Origin: Gordius albopunctatus
Lineage: Eukaryota
Assembly: GCA_964276515.1 (NCBI GenBank)
Contig: OZ193909.1
Location: 13,950,001-14,014,000 of the forward strand
Reading direction: 5' to 3'
DNA length: 64,000 nt
Part shown: positions 10,910 to 22,448 of the stretch, piece by piece
Position numbering within the stretch: position 1 is the stretch's first letter
How the letters are laid out: the number at the start of each line of letters is the position of its first letter
The notes under the pieces: generated by a model
The model's database searches: none
What the model saw: only the letters and a program-made list of their open reading frames with translations
Told to the model about the DNA's origin: nothing
Program-made: the position numbers and the translations under genes

Positions 10910-12752
10910 TTTTATAGAAAGCATGTGATATTTTTGCTTGACAAAATTTAAATATAAATGTGTTTTTTGAACCATAGACAACTAGAAAAAGTGCTTGACA
11001 AAATATTAGAAAATATTTCCTTTTTTGACTTATAATATGCAGTTTCTTCTGTCGATTATAAGTTTTTATTTAGATGCAATGTGAGGTTTGGATTTTAAAA
11101 GGATAGGGGTATAGTATCTTGAATATAGCTCAAAAATTATTTAAGCTAGGATAAAAAATTTTAATGGATGCCTCTTCCCCTTATATATAAATTAAATTAA
11201 GATTTTACTGATTAATTTGCAAGTTGTTAACTAATGAAATAGACCCAAAACGCTATTTTTTGCAACTTTGACCGCAAATATATTTAAAAAATTGTCTTAT
11301 AAAGAAAATTTTTAAAATTTATTCGTGTTCACCGCGAAAAACTCTACATAAATTTGCGAACAGTTTGCCGGTTGATTTTATAAATCTATACTATTTGTTG
11401 ATCAGTGTTATTTCTATTAAGAATTTTTTAAAAAATCAAGTTGATAACTACATTAGTTAATTAGCCCGCAAACATTTGATTATTTTTATGAAACAAATTG
11501 TCCTAAAACTATGCGCCACTATAGTGTGTGTACGCAAATTATTTTAGTAGTTGATTATTTCGAATATAAGTTTAGTTGTGCCTTTGGAAATAATTTAAAA
11601 TACCGTTTGTTACGCAAATTAATAGATTATTTTTATAAAAATTTAACAATAACCATTCAAGAAAATTTCTCTTTGAAATTTCCTCCTCCCAAACCAGTTT
11701 TTAATGACCTGATCCTGAAGAAACCCTTATCAAAATTGTAATTAAATACATTAAAAATAGAAATATAATTAAAATAACCTAAAATGTCATTTTTATTGAA
11801 AATTTGTTAAAACTTAATTTTTATAAAAACGATCTTTTCTCTATACGCCTCCATCATACCTTAATGGTCCGATGAAATCTTTAAGACCCCAAATTGCTTT
11901 AAAACTAGGCTAGAATATTGGGGGTCGCAAGTAGATATAATTTACGTATCAACGTTAATAAAATATGCTTGTAAAGTGTAAATAATTTTTTTTTAATTGA
12001 TATACTTTAGGTCCTCGAAACGGTTTTTACATTCCGATTCACTATCTTTAACACAACCAACGGAGTATTAAAATCATGAATTCACCACAAAAAATAAGAA
12101 ACATCACTTAGTTTAGGTATTTAATCAATATTTGCAAACATCGTCAAAAAATACAATTTATAAATCATTAATAAAACCATTTCATTTTATATTATTCCGT
12201 TTATATCTTTTTCAATTAGAAAATAAAACTTCACTGAATTTCTCCTTTTTGAATTTGGAAATAAATACAAAAATTTAGAAAATTTAAAAGTGTTTAAAGG
12301 ATTGTTGCTATCTTCATCTATCTACCCATGGTAAAATTATAAAGATTTGCTCAATTCACCTTCTGTAAAATGGTATCCTAATGGCAAATTTTGATTTGAA
12401 ACCTCTTGTCGAAAGTTGGCCGCTTATCAAGCAAGATATGTGATGCCTTTAGCCTATAATATTATCTTAATAAACCAATTAAAACAATTCCAAAGATTTG
12501 ATTCTCTTGCCTAATAATGCTAAATAAATTAAGGATTGGCCTTCCAAGCACTCAAGTATGATAGCAATGACTGAGATAAAATCGAAATTGGACATGAAGA
12601 TTTCTTATAAAACCTTAAGAGCATATTTAAATTATTTTATTTTGTGTTGATTTCAATTCAAGAATAAAGCAACTATCAAATTGATAGTTGGATAGTATAT
12701 CAATATTTAATTCTTACTATCCCATTTTACCTATTTCACAATTATATGTATC

Positions 12753-12918
12753 CGTGGGTCAGCCAGCACTGGAACTAGAGGGGGGCAATAATGACTTAGG
12801 AAGGGGCAAAACTATCATTCTTTGAAATTTTAGCCATAAATAAAATTTCAGAAAATTTTTGGATTTAGAGGAGGGAGGCAGCCGCCCCTCCCTACCCCCC
12901 CCCTTGGCTTCGCCCATG
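12753..12918. mobile_element. MITE of the CATGGGCGTAGCC-end family
   Basis: 8-bp TSD TATGTATC on both sides. Further copies near 13350-13529, 14868-15020, 38890-39026, 45723-45890, 53410-53546, 55049-55199, 60657-60778 and 63285-63388. Confidence 0.8.
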
Positions 12919-15487
12919 TATGTATCAAAAAAGTTTATTCAGCTGTAATGTCCACCAACCGGATGCTTTAAAATGGTAAAGGGATTTATTAAGGCATTGC
13001 GCCAAATTTATTTTATATATTACCACATCAAACTATATTTAAAAAGCGTCTTATAAATTTTTAGACGCACCAAATGCTTTAAATAACCATTCCACCATTC
13101 TAGGGTGCTTTAGAGTATTGCACGGGTCACACGAAACCAGGCGCCAGGCAGGTTTAAAGTTGAAAAACGAAAATTGAATTGATTTAAGATCCAGGTAACA
13201 AATTACAAATTATGGCGTCGCGTCAGGTTCGGCCAAAATGACTGTGCAGAACTATTTCTTAATTTTTGATGATGAATCGTTAAAAAATAAAGGCAAAAAC
13301 TACATTGTTTTACTAATGCCGCCGCGTTTAACTTATTTCTTCATAGAGAGGGGATTTGGGGGTCATGTGTAAATTAAATTTAAAAATAGTTTTTGAATGA
13401 GGAAATGATTTAAGGAGGGGCAAAATAACATTTTTTAAAATTTTAGCCATTAATAAATTTGTTCTAAGTTTTGGGTTTAGAGGAGGGGGGCAGCCGCCCC
13501 TCCCTGCCCCCCCCCTGGTTACGCCCATGTGCACATTAACATAGTATTTAGGGTAAACTTAATGACGACCACAATAAAATTATATCTTTCAATTGTACCT
13601 AAATTGCCCTTCCCTTTTATGAGTTTTAAAATTCTTATATATTTTTACAAAATTTTGATTTGGCCCTAAAGAAAATTCAATTTTCCTTTATTTGCTATTG
13701 CCAAAATTGTTACGCCCTCCATTTAATATAAATTCCATCCTGGCTACACCCAGGTATAGAAGAAAAAATAAAAATATATTTCATGGGTCACTCTACTAAA
13801 GTATGGTGGGAAATGCTATTGTCTTATCTTTAAATAAAAACATTTAATATTATCTCCATTTTTATGTAAAAAAATCGTTTGTCGTTCTAGAACAAGGCTA
13901 TTGTTTATATTTTAAATTTGATTCGTTTAAAATTTTAGAAAGTCAATCTCTTTTTTTGCCATATTAAAAATTTAATAATTTAAACCAACTTCGATTGCCA
14001 AGATAAAAATTTGAAATAAATCAACTGGTCCATTCTTAAAACAAAATTTATTGTTATGACGTCAGTTTTAAGAAAAAGGGGAAAGTTGGATTCAATGCGC
14101 TTACTTGCGATATTATTTCTTACCTGGAAATTCGCCTTGACAGCTTCATTCAATTATAGTAAATATAACTTTAAAATTAACATTCATAAAATATAAATAT
14201 ACGATTTTTTACAATAGTCTATGCTTGATTAATACATTGTTCAAAATTTGTTTTTGCTCCATTGTATTTTAAATATGAACTATTTTTCGGTTTGATTGAA
14301 AACGATCTCAAGGAGAGTATTATATTTACCCTTACTTGCTTACGTTGCGAGAAAACAAAATCCTAAAAAAAACTAAACGTTAAAATATTTTTTTGAAAGA
14401 CTTCATAACTAAGAGTAATATAAACCTATATATATTTTAATATAGGAAATTATAATAATTTAACATTTTTATCTTTCATTTAAGGTTTCTATAAAATGAT
14501 GCATTAACTTTATTATTTTTAATTTAATGGGTAAAATTTAATATTAAAATTCAATAAAACTTTCAAGGGGTGAGTAGTAGGACCTCATTTGACCAACGCA
14601 GTTTTAAAATCACCAAACGATATTTAAAAAAGCTAGGTCGTTCACTTGTACTGAATCTATTGTTAAGTTATATTATAACAAAACATAAATATGTTAAGTC
14701 TAAAATATTTTAAGGGAAAGACGAATTAAATATAATCAGAAAATAATATAAATTTTTATGTGGTGTTGTTTAAGAAAGACTGTTGAGATTTCATTAAATA
14801 ATGCAATTCTCAAATTTTAATATTATTATACATAAATATCCTTAATTTTTTTAATACTATATGTTCTGCATGGGCTTTACCTAAAGTCAGGCAGGGGTAG
14901 TCCCGCCCCTTAAATCCAAATATTTAAATATAAGAAACAAAATTATGGGTAGAATTTCCAAAAATTCTTATCATCAAATTTTGCTCTCCACTATAATATA
15001 ATATCCTGGTTAATTCCATGTGCTTCTGCATTTAATAAATCAGCGATTTTCATAAATGCCCCGATTCGACAATACATTCTTATTTATATAGTTTTATATT
15101 TATTTTATAAACATTTTTATATCATTTGAATCCATTAAAAGTTGGTAAGTCTAACTAAATAGTCTAGTAAGAAAGCAGGCTTCTTTTTAGCATTTATATT
15201 TTCTAGAGTTTTAATATTGAATTAAATTATAATATTTCACAATCTAAAAACTAAGTCAATTTTATCTTTCTTTATAAAAGCTAAAGTTTTGGGGTGGCCA
15301 TAGTATTTTAATTACAAGGTTTTTTCTTCCGCTCTATGTTTAAATAACCTATACATGGGGGAGGCAATAATAATTTAGAAAGGGGCAAAAAAACATTTTT
15401 TGAAATTTTAGCCATAACTTTAATAAATTTCAACAAATTTTTGGATTTTTTAGAATCGTACTAATAAAATTTATATTTGTTATGTAG

Positions 15488-18400
15488 CAAATACAACTGA
15501 ACCCTCCATTATAACCCCTCTTACTAACGCAACTTCTGCGCTACGAATGAATAGGACTACTACTTATCCGATTACGGAATTTGACACAACTCACCACCCG
15601 CCCAGCAGTACCATTAATGGTACGTCTTAAACAGCACAATATATTGATTTGGTCTTTTGAGTTAATAATAATTACACTGGTCAACATATAATGGAATTTT
15701 AAAATGGATCGGCAAACTGTTTGCATACGTCAAGTTTTTCAATTATTTGATGTTAAAGTTGCCAAAAACAGCGATTTTGGCGTTTCAAATGTCAATAACT
15801 ACCAAATTAATCGGTAAAAATTTAGTTTAATAAATTTGATTAATAAATAAAGGGGAGAAGAATCGATTAAAATATTTTACTCTAGCTCTATTGATTATCG
15901 ACATAAATAAAAAATTAACTGATCTCATCTTGTTACATTGACAAACTGCCCCAGACTTAAGGTCGCCCCCCTTTCCCTTTTACTCTTGGAATTAAGTGCT
16001 TGTTGGTGTTTATTTACTACTACTAGAGACCTGCATATCGCCGGTATGCTTTAAGATAAAACGATTTGTCAAAGAACGAGTCGTATAACCTTTAATAAAT
16101 CGTGAAAACACACACTTTAATACAATAACTCTGAAAATGATCTATAAAAATATTCGAGAAACCTCAGATTAACTCGATAAAATTTATTTATATTTCTATA
16201 GTAACTACTGCAACTAGCCCTAAAACTGTTAAAAACACGACTGCTGACAATCTTAATTTAACAACCACAAAAGTAAAGTCTGGAAATAATGTGAGCAAAT
16301 CATCTCCTGCGCAACAGGCGGCGACACTGGATGTCAATACTTCAAGCTTAAGCACACAAGTTAGCCCTATAACCTTGAAAATGGCTGGTAAGTATTACTA
16401 ATCTCTTTAAATGTCACTATAAATAAATTTTAAAGTTTTATGATAGGTTTGCAGTGCTAGTTTTTTAATATAAATTAATTAAACGATAGAACAAACGATT
16501 GTTGTTTAATTCTAAATTTAACATTTTTGATCAGCAGGCAAAAGCGAATTCTAGCCATAATTTTTATTCTATTAGGGTATGTTCACGTCAATGATTCCTT
16601 AGATTTCGCTGAAAAAGAACATACTTTGGGGACAATTTTAGTAGGGGGTAGTGGTGACGAAATGGGCGCTGTTAGCCACGGTAAAACTGAAGAATTTAAG
16701 ACGGCCACCTCTGAAATGATCAAAAAGAAGAGTAAATGATACCTAAATTGCAGATAAATTATACATGCTTTGAAAAGGTGTCGGTGTGTGGATTAAACAA
16801 AGCTAATATAAACTTTAAGGATATCATTTCCTATTAAATAAGTGTTATATTTGTCATTTGTTTATACTTTTACTCGGGTCTCCAGGGAAAAACACCCGCA
16901 ATTGGATTAATATTTCTAATACAAACTTTTAGGCTGAATGTTTTTAGTTTTTTTCCTACGTGATAAATCAGGGTAAAGGTGCAAAAAATGGCTTTTAAAC
17001 GTTTTTGACGCTTCCCACACTATTTTAAATACATTTTTAAACATAATTATTGATCTATAGGATAAAAATTTTATTTTTCTTGTTTCACGGCTACTTTAAG
17101 TTTTATCTTCGTTTATCTGCTGAACCCCCTCCCCCCATTGAAATTCCTCCCGGGAAAACAGAATATCACTCCCTCCCTTCCCATATTCTTCTTTCTCCCC
17201 TCCCTTCTCATCTTAGCCCAAAATAGGCGAGATTGGAGGAGATGTAAAGAGTGTAAATGAAGAAAGAGAAATGTTGATAAGCTCGCATAAGTGGTATGTT
17301 TTCATATAATACATTACATAGTAGTGGGAGGAATTTTAATGCGGAGAGATGAACGGGGATAAAGCTAAAAGTAGACGTGAAACAGGAAAAACAAAATTAT
17401 GAAACTGTACATCAAAAAATGGTTTACGGGATAAAATAATTAAAGTTTAAAAGATATTTAAATGGCTTGGTTGGTAGTATAGCCTCAAAAGGTATTAACA
17501 TTTATTTTCCCCATCTTTAACCTAATTTATCACAAAATCTTGACGAACCGTATAAAAACTAAAAATAAATGTAAAATTCTCAATCAGAGGTATATGAAAG
17601 ATTAATAAAGTGCTTATTTTTTATTTTAATGGTTTGACGACGACATGAGGTCTACCTTAAATTTCACCTGAAATTACTAGACTCCCTAATTATTCTTTCA
17701 AACACGTCCCAACAATTAAGGTTGTACTTTAAGTTAAGTATATTATAAAACCTACATATCCTAGCTACCGCTCCAACGACCACCGTCACCTACGAATTTC
17801 ATAAAATAGCTTTACCTGGTAAAAGTGGTAAAATCGAGAAAATAGATGATGTCAGCAATAAAAAAGACGATAACTCAACGCTAATTCATCCCTCTCCAAC
17901 TAATAGCTCCCTCATAACCACGTCCAATAAGATCTTTAAAAATAAGACGTCCAAATCAGCAGGAACTAAACAAAGCTCACCGAATCTTAATAAGAAAGGC
18001 ACCTCGTCAATTGATCAATCTTCTACCACTACTACTACGAAAACAGTATCTTAACTGCTATTAGTTTATATATCTCAAATATATCTACCTATAATTATAT
18101 GTTTAGGTTTATATCTATATAAAAGCGTCATTATGATTTGTAGCTTTTTATAGATACACAAGTTTTTTTGATCTTATAAATTGTTTTGGAGCATTTTTAT
18201 ATTCATTATTAAAAATTTATAAATACTATGATAATAATTTGTCATATACATATGGCGTTTAAAGTCTTAAACTACAGTTCTCAATTGTATTAAGGTGACA
18301 ACTCAAGGAGTAAAAGCCGGTTTAAAAACCATCCAAGACATGAACGATATCGAAGATCTTGTCACCATAGGACTACAAGGACTCACAATAAATGAAGTTA

Positions 18401-20892
18401 ATATTTATAATTTACCGAGCATTAACTAGTTATCAATAACTAATGATAAGTTTGAAATGTACCGATTCGATTATCTAGTCAAATCATGTGTACAAATGTC
18501 AAAGTTTAACACAAATTGAGACCCCTGTTATATTTGCACGTTTGAGTAGACGTTTCGAAGTTGGGATTACACAAATTAATGTGTCCAAATTATGGCCTTA
18601 TTTTATGGGTAGAGGTTTTTGTAATCACCTCTAAGTTGGATTTACCTATTACTTATTTGATTAATTATAAGATTAGTTTATATACTAGTTGCCTCAGATA
18701 ACGATGATATTCTTGAAATTATTTAAACAATTTTATATATAAGTGTGGAACAAAAATTATTAGAAACATAGGAAGTGTGTTGCTTTTTATAACTTTTTAA
18801 AATTTGCTTTTCAACTTAAACCTATATTTAAAAGATGACTTTTAATGCCGTTTTAAGTTTGTAAACTACGAATTTAATTAGTGGAACACCGAAATCAAGC
18901 ATGTCATGGAAAGTTTCATGCTAGGATATTTGCCTGGAATAGAGTCATCCAAACTCTTTAATAAATTCGATCAGCTTGGAGATAAAGATATTTCAGTAAG
19001 CATTGCATCAGACAGCATACAGAACAAGTCTCCTAAAAGCCTAGATATCATTTACGTAGACGAGACTCCGCTAAACATCGATGATACTGTATTTGTTACC
19101 CTGTACGTTGTTAAAAAGATCAATGACAATAGTAAAGGTATGGAACAAATATTAATAATTTTTAAAAGCATACAAACTAAATAATACGTTTTTTAGGATA
19201 TCTCAAAGTAAAGGGGTTGAATGTTATCAAGGGATTGAAACACTTCGAAGAAACGCTTGTTACGAATAAAAAAGTAAACATAACGATTGTTTATCCGTGC
19301 TTACTATAAGTTTATTAGTAAATAGACTATTTTGGTGTATTTCCTCAATCATTACATATAAAATTATGGTAAAATTTATTAATATAGTTTTAATGTGTGT
19401 TTAGAATAAATTAAATTAATCGTTGAACAAAAGTGTGAGATTCTAAATTACATCTAAAAAATGTGTACAAAAAAATGTTATTCGAAGGCCTTAAAATTTT
19501 GGTTGGCATATATAATGCGCCTCTTAATAAATTTTATAATTTCGTTATAATAGTATAGCCTAATTGCAAAAATTTATTTAGGTACACACCGAAATTTCCT
19601 TTATAAATCAAAATTTATCAAAAACGTTGTAGGATACCGATGAGAATAACTTGTTTTCCAAACTCAAGGACGACCGTATGATCTATTACCTCAATTTTCC
19701 ACCCATTTCCCTGAGGTCGCTTAACAAACTTTGCCCGGTCAAAATATTGGGCCCCTTGTCGGCCAACAAGCAAATGATTGTAAACGGGCAGGCTTTGCAA
19801 TTTATGCAACCCGAACACGTCTCGATCTTGACCGGAGTAGCCCTATCGATATGCTTGATTGTCATCCTGGGACTGGTCGTTTACTTTTTGGCTACCAAGT
19901 TTAGAGACGTACGTCCATATGATTGGCCCAATAGACCCCTTTTTAACAGTTGGCTGTTTGGGGTCAGTTAATATAAGTTGAAAATATAATACATTTTATC
20001 GTTTACCACACGATTTTACGTAAATTTTGAGTGTCGGCATGACCTTAATTTGTTAGAAAGAGTAATTAGTTTCGATAATAATAACTTTTAATTTGCTTGA
20101 ACTTTTAATTTAAATTAGAGATGCGAGACAGCGTTCTTAAGATTTTTATAACTTAAAAACCCACACTAGTCTCCTGTCACTTTGTATTATTTTAAAACTA
20201 TCAAGAATCTTTTTATAAAAAGCTAGGATTCAATGCCATTATTAGATCTAACGATTTTATATGCAAAAGTTTTATTTTTTTTAATACTTTTGTCAGCTAA
20301 AAATGATACATAAGTTATATATAAACGTATTGAAATAATATATATACGAAAATTTTTAAATTCATCAAGTAGCAAATCAGAAAAAGATTTATAATCGTAC
20401 TTACCTATTAAAATACCAATTTTTTGACGTAAAATAAAGCTGGGTGAGTATTTGGCTTTGGGTGATCTCTTATCTATCGATTTAAAATAATTACCCATCA
20501 CATTACAAAAAAGAAGAAAAATATCCATTGTATTTAGTATTGTTAATGATTCATCGAATTTAATAAATATGTCTTTTAAAGATTTCGGATGGAAGGCGCA
20601 GATCTCTCTTTAGAGTGAGTCATTAATTTATTTCTCTATTTCATAGGATTACTATAATTACAATGGCTTATTTTTACTGTAGAACACTATATTTTCTGGT
20701 GGCAAAAGACACCGGGGCTCAGAAAATGTGAGTGGTCAGAACTTGGAAGAAGAAATGCGCGCCATAAATTTGATTGAAGGGGATGAAGTTAATATTGATG
20801 GAGAACCCAACGGACAGCCTGTGCGTTCGCAGAGATATGGGAGACAAGGGACCAACAAAAGCTTTTCCCCTGACCCAACCAATAAGCAGTGA
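15488..20892 (+). CDS. Multi-exon Ser/Thr-rich (mucin/proteoglycan-like) type I membrane protein; 5' exon(s) not resolved
   Basis: Phase-compatible GT-AG exons: 15488-15619, 16202-16387, 16576(or 16603)-16731, 17765-18045, 18295-18396, 18882-19137, 19197-19273, 19633-19962, 20582-20614, 20683-20892. S/T-rich N-part, TM helix ILTGVALSICLIVILGLVVYFLA, cytoplasmic tail ending DPTNKQ*. Confidence 0.72.
16940..17570. repeat. Degraded foldback element (long imperfect inverted repeat) in an intron
   Basis: About 16940-17150 is the reverse complement of about 17330-17570, for example TTTCTTGTTTCACGGCTACTTT versus AAAGTAGACGTGAAACAGGAAA. Confidence 0.7.
20330..20520 (-). mobile_element. CRE-like LINE extreme 3' fragment in an intron
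   Basis: KYSPSFILRQKIGILIGKYDYKS matches KYSTNFLLKQKIGILIAKYNFKS at about 1540-1610. Confidence 0.65.
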
Positions 20893-21849
20893 TGTCATCT
20901 GTTTTGGTTCAATTACCGTTTAGCAATATAGACTACATGATACTTTCTCTTTTTAACATTTAATTACAATAAATTTAAAAATAGTTTGTCAATGACATAT
21001 GTAATATTTAACTTTATCTATATAATGTCGTTGAATCTATTGTACACTTTAACTTAAATAATTTTTGGGTATGTCTTTTAATTAAATAAACATTAAAACC
21101 AAATTATGTTTGTCAAATTATCATTTTATTTATCTCAATTTCTAACTTTTTAAGCCATTGTGTTTTAAGGAATCAAAACACATTTAAACTAAAGTTTAAA
21201 CAAATTTACAGGAGAATATTTAAAGGACAAAAAAAATATACAATTTTGTAAACTGCGTCACTTTAAAATTCACCAAAAATAATAGGTGTTGCTATACATC
21301 GTTTGGAAATTTTTAAGTTTTAATGGAGAGATATCTTATCAAGATTGTAACACGTTATGGTTGGGCACAAATATCCTTCTGCATCCTTATTTAATTGTGC
21401 GATATAATGACTTGTTTAAGTTTTAAATTTAATTTCAGAAAATAAATATTATATATATTTCTATATATATTTTCACCCATATCTAACAATTCATTTACGT
21501 TACATGATTTTTACTTGGATAAACCTCAGTGGCATACGAGTTAGAACCTTCCGCCCCCTAATGAATAAAAAAATTAAATGTTTCCGAATTATATGGAAAT
21601 CAATGATATTAACAGAATCTTGTTAGTGTTGTGCTGTTAATAATTAATTACCCAGAATTGAGATTTAATATGGATTTTAAAGTCAACTTTTAGATGATAA
21701 CAAACTCCTGGTAGTCTCATGACATGATAAAATATAAGACGTTTGAAAGCAATGGTTCGGCAGTTGGGGAAGTCGCTGGGGTGCTCTAAAATTTTAAAGC
21801 CATTGTTGCCAAATTTATATAATTAATTTGATTAATTAGCCACCGATTC

Positions 21850-22376
21850 AAAATATAAAATTCGTAGAGAATGATTCAGTTGTTGCAAAGATTGAAGATG
21901 CTTTAGGAATATTTACTACTTCATCAAAACTCTAAGTCTGTGTCTTTATATTATATTTTGCTGCAAAGGATATAAATATGCAATAAATATATTAAAATTT
22001 ATTTACATGCCTTAGGGGTCTCTTTTATTATATTCAATGAGTTAAATTTATTAAAGTTTGAATTAAACGCAGCTACTTTGTTGCGATCAATTACCCAATA
22101 TCCAAAGTAATCTTATTATATGAATTTATATTTAATATACTAAATGTAAATTACAAAATAAAAAAATGCACAACTATATATATTATATTATGATTATGAA
22201 GATCAATTAAGAAATTTAAAAGCCGAGTTTTTGCCAATAAAATCTCGTATAGTCTCGTCTCGAGGTCAATTCTTGTCTCGATTTTGACCTAATTTTTCAA
22301 AATATCTTCTCGCGTTGTCTTGATTTTTCTATACGAGACGATAAGGGATCAAGATTTTTCTCGTTCCGCATCACTA
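21850..22376. mobile_element. One-ended hAT-like repeat (TAGTGATGCG family)
   Basis: Ends ...CCGCATCACTA at 22376. Homologous to 7570-8151. Confidence 0.55.
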
Positions 22377-22448
22377 ATTAAGCCTAATAGGCCCTTGCAT
22401 ATCTATAGTTCAAACAATGACCCTGATTGGAATATTCAGAAAAATTAA

